DNA of 64,000 bases from Schizochytrium sp. TIO01 (GCA_004764695.1 SMSO01000031.1:8228761-8292760), one strand, 5' to 3'; shown: positions 12,901 to 23,231, counted from the first letter of the stretch. Notes: generated from the letters alone by a model not told the origin. Program-made: numbers and translations.

Positions 12901-13122
12901 GAAGACGAAGAGGAGGAGGGTCAAACGCATACTCAAATTAATCCAATCATACATGCACGTCAAACAAGTATCGACCCCGAATCTGCACAATCCAAGTCTG
13001 AAGAACAAATTACAGCAGTAGACAGTACGAATTTTGTTCCTGAGAACATAATGCTGTCAAATAAGGAAAGTTCCGATCATTGTGAAGAGTCTGCTGCTCA
13101 AAAGCTACTAACAAGCGTTTGA
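9988..13122 (+). CDS. Signal peptide + Cys-rich (GCC2/GCC3, ephrin-receptor-like) ectodomain + multipass membrane domain; protist receptor-like/TRP-like family
   Basis: ATG 9988 begins hydrophobic MKTTWLGSLVALVILITHSFEVLA. Repeats CEACPKGFYCP, CPTGHFCP, CPEDSFQENIGQSVCNSC; juxtamembrane CAEGYGGYLCQACEEGY; about 8-9 hydrophobic helices with motifs HLQVVSLL, LFVC, YLLADPHIECF, YWESIIALRK, QPY..LNHLE; many NxS/T sequons. Confidence 0.85.
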   Translation: MKTTWLGSLVALVILITHSFEVLAHVRAFPKYVEAKYTKPACKASKPFGTIHSSYVTDSINRTVSIANFDNYAVNVSHVEITSQGSPDVATWAHITLENEVDFKEVGPYQELDLILYLFPGNMTANTYYADISFHVSSQSNSNFTEEIIHVPVTFELAAPPDALRSKANFQTCKNMTFLERCLGTIELMDSDGLPVTSGSYISTVDAYLEIPDGQFYSLDVYATNEEKIEVSLVAYSIGSLRPYVLISNVSIPYEEEMIAVTCGANSSPSSSLTEPDESGRLPCICNSGYQIDLTSSEELCVPCKTCSAGEYILSENTTCACEACPKGFYCPDQEHIMECPTGHFCPARTIEPIQCPEDSFQENIGQSVCNSCSAYYRGASTFGRTGANSLNMCGICPDNAYCDPSLLYEWPTNRSDIANLCGVTTTYQTATTFQTRAISSGNISVLYVAFPAPGFFRFPTLTEAGDGDPASPCASLEFVACPGGVNACPGTTKATQVNVTLANATNTSTTVSCAEGYGGYLCQACEEGYVQESNECISCDTSWPYLLAVLTLIVVTFLTIYMSWSIIHKSEDMAAKLSFVDGRADVVTAETVVTVLKIAYSHLQVVSLLLSIDVDWNEAVTGIKALASTLTFTGTDLTSSVSCAFSVSSAVNSSLGEDDFVTDTSLSTFYIRVIMIDSFPIVASIISGIVWMGFYFSSSCRTFVTRQHYLRGFELSTIVLLFMVHIILLRTALDLFVCTTPKVQGRSYLLADPHIECFAGTHIYWFLGAGMGGLLLYGCGIPGLAALLVLKANNSYLRNFLCKNFRSECKYWESIIALRKVAVMILLITLANFGPSAQGISCLVLMNFALLLHTNVQPYSYAFLNHLESAGLLTVIFSLTLALYSLTFEDKVDYGLNIIIAVVNLAFVLYVLYEILAVTVVFYCYSSKRAPKRLSVSTCDSASAHSGGSPRASPQSRLASSLAFFFAHRHEDEEEEGQTHTQINPIIHARQTSIDPESAQSKSEEQITAVDSTNFVPENIMLSNKESSDHCEESAAQKLLTSV

Positions 13123-13150
13123 CGTAGTTCTGATGCTAGTTTTTTATTTC

Positions 13151-13667
13151 TTACAATGACAAAAACCTTATTCTAGCTAAAGGTAATTTAAATAATTCCT
13201 CAAAGTTTGCTTCAAATTTCTCAGGAGTACTAAAGTCAACATAGATGAAATCTGCAAGCTTCATCCGTACTACACGACCTGGCCATTAGGTAATGCCAAG
13301 TAGGTTCTCTTCAAGGATCACGGGGATAATGTTCGCCACACCATGTTCCTCAATCGCAAAATTCCATTCATCTTTACACCAGTTTTCTCTAGTTGAATCG
13401 ATCTTTTGCATATGATCTTTCGTGAGAAACACGACAACCTTTCGTGATATGAAAATGTTCAAAGACGTTTCTTTATGCTTATTGCGTCCAGATCTCTCAG
13501 AAAATACACAGAGCCATCGAACAAGACCGACTTACCTTAAAATTTTTGGCAATCGACTTTACAAGTTCGTGGACCGAGTATTCTTGTCCCCAATCATGAG
13601 ATAGGGATGCGTCATACTGTTTTTGCGACTTGAATCTCGAAAAGCTCTGATTCACCAAACCAAACAT
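13151..13667 (-). pseudogene. TIR-domain (TIR_2-like) gene relic
   Basis: Manual translation: ATG 13667 ...QYDASLSHDWGQEYSVHELVKSIAKNFK, then a frame change or intron remnant (AAG|GTAAGT at 13535), then SRKVVVFLTKDHMQKIDSTRENWCKDEWNFAIEEHGVANIIPVILEENLLGIT*WPGRVVRMKLADFIYVDFS... ending at TAA 13153-13151. Internal TAA at 13288-13286. Confidence 0.75.
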
Positions 13668-14099
13668 GGAAGCTATGCTCAGGTGAGGTCTCTCTTATTC
13701 AACTTTTAATCTTGCGTATTTGTGAAGGTATCAGTTTAAGCTTCAGTGCTGAACACACTTCCAGACACGGGGGGGTTATAGGCGCTCAGTTACAATTCCC
13801 AAGACAGGATACCCTCTGCAAATTCAGTACCTACTATCATGATAAGTGAGCTATGAAATTGTTCCCGAGCAAAATCTCTATAGGCATCGATTAGTTTCAT
13901 CTAACTCCAAAGTGGCTAAGTAAGGTTAGTGCGCTAATAAAATAGAGTGCCTACCTATGTCGACTATGAAATCCTGGATACTGATACAATGATATATCGG
14001 TCTAAAAGTAAGTCTAGACTTCTACCCAATAGTCACAATCATTGTCTCAGCTTAAAGTCATCCGTCTTAAATGATTTCCAGGCTTGGTGTGAATCATTA

Positions 14100-15215
14100 T
14101 TAGAAATGGTGAAGAATATTAGCCTTGACTAGGCCTCCGTTGTGAATGGCTCATGTTTCTTTCAAGTGTTTCCTAGACTTCCATTCAGGTTCTCATGATG
14201 ATCAGAATTGTCAGTATTCTACATTCGCTCATTCGGAATAAGTTTGTGTTTCCCCGAATTATTCCGGCCGCAATTGATTGCTCTGCAAGCAAGCATGTGT
14301 CTCAGTTTTCTTTGGGCTTACCCCCTTTCGCACACAAACCAAAAACGCAGAGCCCATCCTGGCTTTGCCGCTCTCTGAGTCAACTCTCAATCGCTGCTGC
14401 GCAGGAGGCAGTCAGTTCTACTCGAAGCGAGTGTGGCTTGGGATCCCACTTGCCCGCGTTTCTGTTCCGATTCCTGCGCAAGGTCTTGGAACTTTCAAGT
14501 GCGCTGGTCAGCGCACACCAGCATTTTCTATCCTTCTATGGGTTACCTTAGCAGTGCCTAGGCCGGTCAGAACCTCCTCCTTTTGCGATGAAATCACATT
14601 TGTGATATCTTGAACTTCAAGGTTCTTGCCTTCTCGCTCCCAGGTTCCAGGCAGTGCTTGCATCTGCAGCAGAGTTTACCAACGCACTGTGCGGCTGCTC
14701 AAACGCCCTCACATCGGCCGGAAGGATTTATCGTTCGGTTATCTTCACCTGGGCTCCGCTTTCTCTTTCAAGAACCCTGGCTACCTTACTTGCATACCCT
14801 CAAAGCAAACCCGAGATTCTGCGCAAAACTCGGCTCAAATTCGAGCGAAGGCGTTGAAATTGAACTTGAAATCCCCTCCAAAGCCGTGAGACGATCGTGG
14901 TTGCGTTTACTCAGTTCCAGCCGCCGTATTAAGCCATCTTCTTCTTCGCCAAGCTTTCTCGGTTACGAAGAGCTCGGAATCCCACATTTATTTCAATAAC
15001 TCGCCACCTCGCTAGCTCGATCGCTCCAGCACCCGACGTCTCTGCCAGGGTCTCCACATCGACTCCAAGGCAGTGCTCCGCCTCGAGTTCGTCTTCGTGG
15101 GAGCGCCGTTTTATATAATCTCGACCTCCTTGAAGTCGTCGAGCTCGAGCTCCTCAGGCGTGGGATCCAACAGGAATCTCAAAGCTTCGTCGAACCACGG
15201 CTCCGTACAACCCCT
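14100..15215 (-). pseudogene. Possible degraded coding sequence of unknown family
   Basis: Protein-like fragments in shifting frames (EPWFDEALRFLLDPTPEELELDDFKEVEI; HEDELEAEHCLGVDVETLAETS; EREGKNLEVQDITNVISSQKEEVLTGLG) broken by many stops. No family recognised. Confidence 0.25.
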
Positions 15216-16703
15216 GCGACAGAGGGCGGGTTGAGGGCGGGTTGGGCGGACCGAGGCAAGCTGAGGCTTGGAGGCTGTGGCGTTGCTTTGTGGGCGAAAC
15301 GGGGTGTCTCCTGAGGGGCCAGACGGAGGGCAGACCTATGGGCCGTCGCAGAGGTGGTCAGTATCGGCCTTCGGGGGCTTTGAGCGCAACGGAATGGCGC
15401 CGGCTAGAGCGAGGAAAACTGGCACTTGCCCAGGACCCGCTCCCAGTGGGCGATAGGGGGGAGGGGAAACAAAGTTTTGTGCCTTGTGAGGGGAATAGCG
15501 GTTCGATTCAGTCGCAGTGGGGAAGAGTGGTGAAGCTGTGGAAACGAAAGGAAAAAGAATGTGCTGTGTGAGTGAGCTGCCACTGAAGATGGGTGAGAGA
15601 CAGTGGTGCAGAAAGGGTGGGAAGATTTTATACCCTGGCTAGTTGGGGTTATAAAAGTTTTTAAAGACGAAGGCCTTTGACAGCTCAGGTCAAAGTGCCG
15701 AGAGGCGTAAACTCGAGCTCTTCAGCCTTCAAGTTGAGCTATGTTTGTACTAATTGGAGGGTCGGCTGCTGCTGATCCGATCACTAAAATGCACCTGTTG
15801 TCGCTTCTGTTGTTGATGAGGTACCTCTATGATATCATATCATCATAGCTCAGTCAGGTGCTCTTTTCTCTCGGGAACCAGCGTCGCACAAAAGGCTTTC
15901 TTTCTATCTATTCTCTGTCTTTAAAATAATACTAACTACAACTGCAACCAATAGTGAGTTGTATTTATTTAATATTTATGTTTTACCCAATTACGTTCCT
16001 TAGACTGCCACGTTGGTCCATACGAATCTAAGGAGGTTCGTTCTTTTCGTTCTGTTTCTCGTCCTAAGTATTGGGTTCTTTCTTCTTCTTTTCAGCCAGC
16101 CTTCTCAACAAAGTTCCTCTTTCCTGGCCAATTTGGCGAAGTAAGCTCCGTGACAGCTGTCTAAATGATCCGCAAGGTGGCCCATGCCTTGCGTTGGCTC
16201 GTGCCCGAGCGGTTTGCAAGGGGCTGCTTTGACGCTTAGAAAGCTGAGGAATCAACTCGAAACCATCAAAAGTTTGCAAGCATGCCCCTTAGTCCCTTAT
16301 TTGCTTCTTGAGAAACGAAACAAAGAAAGCTTTCTTTTTATTATGTAGAAGTAGGTACATCTGGTGTAGATAGGGACTACTATAGCATCTGTTAGCAAAG
16401 TTGAGGCCTCTTTCTAAAACAATGGGAAAGAAGAAGAAGAGGCAGGAGTAGGGTTACTTAGAGCAAGGAGTAGGACTGCCTGAGAAGAAGAATGAAAAAG
16501 AGGAAACAACTTAATAATGAAGAAGAAGATGAGAAGAGCAAAACCCATAATTGACGATCACTCGATCACTCGATCACTCGATCGATCGATTGACGAAACA
16601 CACGCTCGATTGCAGTTGAGATTTCTTCGCGAGGCGGACTCCCGCGGGATTTGCATTGCACTTTTGATTAATCGTTAGTCCCGTCTCTGCGAGACAGCGC
16701 AAG

Positions 16704-19700
16704 ATGGCGCAGCAGAAGAGCGATGAACAGTTGAATGAGGAGATCGGCTTTGCCCGCGCCGAGCTCTCAAAGCGTGACAACATCAACGGCAACAACCAAC
16801 CTCCCGATGTGCATTTCTTCGTGACCTACAAGCACGCCATTGATTGGGCTGGTCGCGTCGAGGGCATGGACAACTCTCCCGTGGCTGACTTTGATGCCCT
16901 TGCCAAGGAGCTCAACCCTGAGGGCCGCAAACAGCAGTTTATCACCACTGCTGTGGAAGCCCACGATGGCGAAAGCGACGGCGACGTTCTTATCTTCCCA
17001 CAGAAAATCCGGGTTCCTCAGGGAGCAAGTCGGTCTCGCGAGATTATGGAGTGTGTTTTGAAGCAGATGAAGAACGGAGGTGCGCTAGAAATTGAGGGCG
17101 CAGAGCCCATCAACGAAGGCCATGTGTTTGTGTGCTGCCACCAAGCTCGGGACGCTCGGTGCGGTTACTGTGGCCCGAAGATCGTGGATGCGGTAAACAG
17201 AAGCAAGGTGCAGAGCGGTGACGGTGAGAAAGTCAAGGTGTACAAGTGCTCACACATTGGCGGTCACAGGTACGCAGGTATTGGCATCATCGCTCGCAAC
17301 GATGAGCCATGCACCATGGACTGGCTCATGTACCTTACGGACTCCGACGAGGACGCAAAGCACGTCGTTAACCTCGCTACCGGACGTGAGGAGACACCAG
17401 AGATCTCAAAGTGGCGTGCGCGTACTGGAAAGACAACTGACGAGCACAAGGCCCTCTGCAAGGCGTGCATGGAGAAGAACGGAACTGCTGACATTGAGGA
17501 GGTTGTGCCTAGTGGCGAGAAGGAAGGCAAGCTCAAGGCCAAGAACAAGAAGACCAAGCCTGCTGAGATGACCCCGGAGCAACTTGAGGCTGAGCTCGGG
17601 TTTCAACGCCCTGACTTCCAGAACCGCGACAATGTTGCTGGCCTCAACCAGACTCCCGATGTGCATGTCTTTGTGGCCTTCCACAAGGCTCTGGAGTGGG
17701 ATAACCGTGTTGAGGGTATGGAGGGATCACCGCTGCCAGAATTCGACAAGCTGGTCAAGGAGCTTCACCCTTCCGCACGGAAGAACGAGATCGTCTTTAC
17801 TGCCATTGAGGCTAGTGGCAGCACCAAGGAGGGTGATGTTCTCATCTTCCCCCAGAAGTTGCGCGTCGCAGGCGGTGCTTCTCGTCCTCGTGAGATCGTA
17901 GAGGCCATCATGAAGCAAAAGAGCGAGGGCGGCGATCTTACTATCAAGGGTGCCGAGCCAACTCTGGATGGCCACGTCTTTGTCTGCTGTCACAAGGCCC
18001 GCGACGCGCGTTGTGGCTACTGTGGTCCCAAAGTTATCGATGCCCTCGAGGTGTCAAAGAAGGACCGGACCATCCAGAACGTTGAGACCCACCGCTGCTC
18101 ACACATTGGTGGCCATCGTTATGCTGGTCTTGGTATTGTATTCCGCCCTGGTCAGGACAAGACCTGTGATTGGCTTGCCTACATCACCGACAGCAAGGAG
18201 GATATTGACCACGTTCTCGACCTCGCCACCGGCGCTGTCGAAACCCCTGAGCTCGCAATGTGGCGTGCACGCATGGGAACCACTCAGGAGGAGCACAAGG
18301 CTTTGTGCGCCGCATGTTCCGACAACAAGGGTGGCTGTGGCGGCGACATGGAGGACTTTGGCAACTCGAGCGCCCAGGATAAGCCTAATGTCCTCTTTGT
18401 TTTGGGTGGACCTGGCGCTGGCAAGGGCACGCAATGTGGACTGATTGTGGAGGAGTTTGAGGACTTTGAGCACCTCTCTGCTGGTGACCTCCTTCGTATT
18501 GAGCGCAAGGACCCGACCTCAAAGAATGGCCAGCTTATTGATGAGTACATCAAGGAGGGCAAGATTGTGCCTGTAGAGATCACTGTCCAGCTTCTTCTTA
18601 ACGCTATGCAGAAGAGTTCTTGCAAGAACTTTCTCGTTGACGGCTTCCCGCGTAACCAGAACAACCTTGAGGGCTGGGAGAAGGTTGTTGGCAACAAGGC
18701 CAACGTGCTCGGCTGCCTGCAGTTCGAGTGCCCTGAGGCTGTCATGGAATCTCGACTCTTGGAGCGCGGTAAGACCTCTGGTCGTTCTGATGATAACATT
18801 GAGTCTATTCGCAAGCGCTTCAAGACTTACGTCGACTCTACTAAGCCGATTGTTGAGCACTTTGCCAAGGAGAACAAGTGCTACCGCATTGAGGCTGATC
18901 GTCCTGTCCACTTGGTCTTTGCTGATGTTCGCAAGACGCTCCGTGACACGCTGAAGCTCAAGGCTGATAAGCCTCGCGTTGTGTTTGTCCTTGGTGGACC
19001 CGGTGCTGGAAAGGGAACTCAGTGTGAACTTTTGACGCAGGAGTTTGACCTGTGCCACCTCTCTGCTGGCGATCTTCTTCGTGCCGAGCGCAACAACCCA
19101 GACTCCAAGGATGGCGCCCTCATCAAGTCGTACATTACCGAGGGCAAGATTGTGCCTGTGGAAATTACTGTGAACCTCTTGCTTAAGGCCATGCTTTCCT
19201 CTGGCCGCGGCAACTTCTTGATCGATGGCTTTCCTCGCAACAAGAACAACCTTGATGGTTGGGTCAACACCGTCAAGGACCAGGCCGATGTCCTTGGCTG
19301 CTTGTACTTTGACTGCCCTGAATCTGTTATGGAGGCTCGTCTTCTCGAGCGCGGCAAGACCTCAGGCCGTACTGACGATAACATTGAATCCATCAAGAAG
19401 CGCTTTCGCACATACCAGGAAGAGACCATGCCCATCATCAAGCACTTTGATGCCCAGGGCAAGTGCTTTCAGATTGATGCTAACCGCCCCAAGAACATTA
19501 TCTCCAACGAAGTCCTCGCTGTCTTTGAGAATAAGCTTGGTCTCCGCCCCCTTAACGCATGGACCAACCCTCCCTCTGAAGCCGCTGCCTCGAACTCATC
19601 CTCTGTCCTGTCTAGTCTTTCCTCCCAGGTCCGTCAGATGCCTGTGATGGCGAAGGTTGCCATCGGCGCTGCCGGCGCGGCTGCCGTAGCCTACGCTGTA

Positions 19701-19736
19701 CGTCAAGCGACCTTTTCGACTTCAGCTCGAAAGTAA
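16704..19736 (+). CDS. Fusion: 2x sucrase/ferredoxin-like (Apd1/Aim32-type thioredoxin-like 2Fe-2S) + 2x UMP-CMP/adenylate kinase + C-terminal hydrophobic tail, 1010 aa
   Basis: Single uninterrupted ORF with strong C/T-ending codon bias. Two copies of HVFVCCHxARDARCGYCGPK..CSHIGGHRYAG (~17121-17280, ~17973-18128). Two copies of GGPGAGKGTQC..HLSAGDLLR..DGFPRN..SGRxDDN (from 18378 and 18966). Tail VAIGAAGAAAVAYAVR..SARK. Confidence 0.93.
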   Translation: MAQQKSDEQLNEEIGFARAELSKRDNINGNNQPPDVHFFVTYKHAIDWAGRVEGMDNSPVADFDALAKELNPEGRKQQFITTAVEAHDGESDGDVLIFPQKIRVPQGASRSREIMECVLKQMKNGGALEIEGAEPINEGHVFVCCHQARDARCGYCGPKIVDAVNRSKVQSGDGEKVKVYKCSHIGGHRYAGIGIIARNDEPCTMDWLMYLTDSDEDAKHVVNLATGREETPEISKWRARTGKTTDEHKALCKACMEKNGTADIEEVVPSGEKEGKLKAKNKKTKPAEMTPEQLEAELGFQRPDFQNRDNVAGLNQTPDVHVFVAFHKALEWDNRVEGMEGSPLPEFDKLVKELHPSARKNEIVFTAIEASGSTKEGDVLIFPQKLRVAGGASRPREIVEAIMKQKSEGGDLTIKGAEPTLDGHVFVCCHKARDARCGYCGPKVIDALEVSKKDRTIQNVETHRCSHIGGHRYAGLGIVFRPGQDKTCDWLAYITDSKEDIDHVLDLATGAVETPELAMWRARMGTTQEEHKALCAACSDNKGGCGGDMEDFGNSSAQDKPNVLFVLGGPGAGKGTQCGLIVEEFEDFEHLSAGDLLRIERKDPTSKNGQLIDEYIKEGKIVPVEITVQLLLNAMQKSSCKNFLVDGFPRNQNNLEGWEKVVGNKANVLGCLQFECPEAVMESRLLERGKTSGRSDDNIESIRKRFKTYVDSTKPIVEHFAKENKCYRIEADRPVHLVFADVRKTLRDTLKLKADKPRVVFVLGGPGAGKGTQCELLTQEFDLCHLSAGDLLRAERNNPDSKDGALIKSYITEGKIVPVEITVNLLLKAMLSSGRGNFLIDGFPRNKNNLDGWVNTVKDQADVLGCLYFDCPESVMEARLLERGKTSGRTDDNIESIKKRFRTYQEETMPIIKHFDAQGKCFQIDANRPKNIISNEVLAVFENKLGLRPLNAWTNPPSEAAASNSSSVLSSLSSQVRQMPVMAKVAIGAAGAAAVAYAVRQATFSTSARK

Positions 19737-22288
19737 ACCACTGAACACGCCATGTTTTATTCTAGTTCCAAGTTTTTCTTCTTTTTCTCATTCTTTATCT
19801 GAGTCACTAGTCAAATTCTTTGACTCTTCGCGCTTGTCTTGTCGATATGTATTAGCAAACTTAAGTTTGGGCATTGGCATTCGCAAATGGTTTCAAGAGA
19901 AACTTTACTAGATGAGTTAATAGAAGAGGGTCTTGAGCCCAAAATCAAACGTCTTAGTTGTGTGATTAGATCTTATAATGAAATCAAGTTGCTCAGAAAT
20001 AGTCCCTTTGCCAAAAGTTTGGCATGCACTAGTTTCCTCGATGAATGTGGCGATTCTAAATATAAACACTTCTTAAAGAAGTTTGATAAATATCTACTGG
20101 AAACCCCTAGCCCACTCTTCTTTGTTGGCCAAAGTTGAGAGCGGCCTTCTGGTGTAGAGTTACAAACGTATCTTGATTGGAGAAGGCCGGGTTATTCACG
20201 CTTCGACCCCAGCTCACGAAGATATTTACAAAATTGGGTGCCATTCTGGCAAGGTTTTGGGGCATGATGGAGGCAACCCGCGACATTGTTTAATAAAAGA
20301 TAAATATGGACATAGTCCTTGAGAATGATAAGACCACGGATATCCATGTCCATCTATTGCAGAGTAGCTTGTGCAGTGAGGCGTGCAGAGGTCGTTTAAC
20401 AAGGACGACGGACTCAGGAGAAAGAGAAAGAGGACGATGTTTGAGTTGTTGGGATTCCGGTTTTAGATACATGCAGGATGAATGTACCATGTCAGTCCAA
20501 CGGACAGTTAAGACAAAAGAGACCGTGTGAGAGGATGACGATTCTGATTAGTGAAATCAATGCTACCGGAGTCTCATATCTGCGCTTCGAAAACTTGGAA
20601 TACAGCTATTTGTGAATAGAAGAATCGGCACTCAGCATTCCTACTAAAAATTGGGACGAAACATTTTCGATTTACAAACTCAACCAGTTTTGTTTACAAA
20701 GAAGCATCAATGTACTCGACAAACTTGGGGATCCTTTTGCTGGTTCTCTGGCGTTCTTGTTAAAATGTGACAAAGGCACTAAGGAATACGTTGCAAGCTG
20801 GTCGTGTGAAAAGTTTAGGAAGCAAGGTTGTATATTGCATATGCCTTTAAAGGTACCGACTGCCATCGAGCGTACATTCGGATAAGTCATATGAGCTTTG
20901 AAGAAGACTAAAGCAACGACTAGGCACCTTACTGAGCTCGATACGTCAAGGCATGTTTCATGGTATTAACGACAATACGCGCTGCGATATCTTTTCGATT
21001 CTGATCGCCGATATTCACCATTAGGTCTAGGAACACCAGGTCTCGTGGGGACCGGTTCGTGCATTTGAGTTGTATAATACGACTCTTCAAGTATTACGAG
21101 AAATCGAATGGAAGCAGGATGATTTTCTTCTCTCGAGACAGTTTACTTTGCGTGCTCAGCTCAATTGGCAGAAAATGGATATAGTATCAAAGGATTTCCC
21201 AGCGCCCCACCCAATAGCTTAACTAACAGCGTGCATGGTGCGTACGCCTGAGTCATAAGGCAATTGTACTATAGTGTGTATCGGGTGATTGGGTTACCGG
21301 ACGAGGCTGGTTTTCCTGCAAGAAGCAAAAATAAACATGTCTAAGGTAATTCATTTGTATTTGGCTTTGGTTACTTAGTCACGAGTGCGCGAGAAACAAC
21401 CCAGCTTAACCTCACTTAAAACATCATCAATATTTCAAAGAAATTGTCAGAGGCACATACTAACTTCTAAAGGTAAAATGTTTTCACTTATCACTGACCG
21501 AAGAACATAAAAAGGGACAGTATACATTACCCTTTAGTACATTGTCACCTTCGGTATGCCCAGGCTCTCATTGTATTTGAGAAAAGTATTTTTGCCTTGA
21601 AGAGACTAGCTCTTATCTGAATCAAAATAGAAGAAAGCTCAACAGGCAAAGAAATATGACTTTAGTACATAATTACTATTGCTAGCTAGTGTGGTTCTTG
21701 CTATCGTTTTCGTTAGCGGTCATACGTTAAACTTTAATTTTTTTAATTTTTTTTACGTGCTGTTAATAGCGATAAAATTGGCTCCATGCCGGCGATTTAA
21801 TGTACGTCAAGAGTCATGGTAAAGTGGGCAAATCCATATGTGCATGGCACAGCCATTGACACACTGCATCAAGCGTCAGAAACACAGGGTGCAGGAAATG
21901 TATAAGACAATCACAACCAAGCAGATTGACAGCCTATCTCATCAGGGAGCCGCCCATCTTCGCTGCGATTAAAAGAGCAGAGTTGTACCGCAACACACAG
22001 TCTAAAAAATCAACTCAGTCTTATTGCTGGCTCGCTTTAAAGAATTAATTCTCCCTTAGCATCCTTCAAATCAAGCAAGTAATCAAGAATGCGAACCTAA
22101 TTCAGAGCCGTTCAGGTGCAAAGGCCATGTTTGAGAATAGTAATCCACAAGCAAGAGTATTTCATCCAGGCTTTTGGGGTTTGTTTTCAGCGTTCATCTC
22201 CTTTGTAGCTCTTACTAGCTGCTCTATCCTCTCACACAGACCTGCTTCATTTTAGACCTCGCCGGTTAAAGCTGCCGCTTTGTTCAAT

Positions 22289-23231
22289 TTAGGTGAGGAT
22301 CTCTGCGCCATGGTCTGTGATGAGGATAGTGTGTTCAGCCTGTGCGCTGTATCCTCCGTCCGCGGTGGCCACTGTCCATCCGTCTTCCCAGAGGACGTGC
22401 TCCTGAGATCCCTCACAGAGCGCCGGCTCAATGGTGATTACCATGCCTGGCGGGAGGAGGAAGTCCTCATCATTGTCAAAGTGCAGCACGTACGGGAGGC
22501 AGTGGAATGTGGAGCTGATTCCATGTCCACAGAACGTGTGGCTAGTATCGATGCCGTGCTCCTTGCACCTCTTTGACACAAGTTTTCCGACAGTGTTGAG
22601 AGGCACGTTAGGTCCTACTGCCTGGATGCATTCCATGAGGATCGAGTCCGAAAGGCTGACAAGTTTCTCAGCGGCCTCGGAGACCTGGCCAACGCGAAAC
22701 GTGCGGCTGGTGTCTCCGTGGAATCCGTCAACATAGCAAGATACGTCGAGGTTGACAATGTCGCCTTCTTCAAGCTCGCGGTCGTCAGGAATACCGTGGC
22801 AGATGACCTCGTTGATTGACGAGCAAAGCGACTTGGGGAAGCCGCGGTAGCCGAGCGGGGAAGGGTAGATGTTCTTCTTGAGGATAAATTCGTGCGTCTT
22901 GCGGTCAATCTCATCCGTTGTGACGCCGGGCTTGACGAGGGAGCCCGCATATTCGAGCACCTCGCCAGTGTGTTTGCAGGCATCGCGCATTTTGGCCAAG
23001 TCGTCGCTACCGAGGTCAAAAACGGAGTACACACGGCCCGAAAGAGGGTCAATGCCGGTCTGCGCATATGGGGGGCCGCATGATGTGTTGCGGCACAGTA
23101 AGCGTCTTCGACAGCTTGCCCTTCTTCAAAGGCTTGCCGGAGCCCAAGAAGCGACGCGCTTGCCGTACAGGATTCAGGCGTCCGGCGTTGAGGCCCGCGC
23201 GGGTGGATGCGGAGGAGGCTGCTGCCTGCAT
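22289..23231 (-). CDS. METAP1D: Methionine aminopeptidase type 1, organellar (MAP1D-like); split by +1 indel in a G6 run at 23070-23075
   Basis: Metal ligands DVS..DTS, HGI, IEP, EHT and the motif YPSPLGYRGFPKSLCSSINEVICHGIPD. Upstream ORF 23231-23049 supplies an Arg/Ala/Ser-rich transit-like peptide and VPQHIMRPP; removing one base restores RPPYAQTG and a 313-aa ORF. Confidence 0.9.

Noticed and set aside
16767-19647. Many overlapping and antisense ORFs within the Fe-S/kinase gene
   Set aside because: Shadow ORFs caused by strong codon bias.
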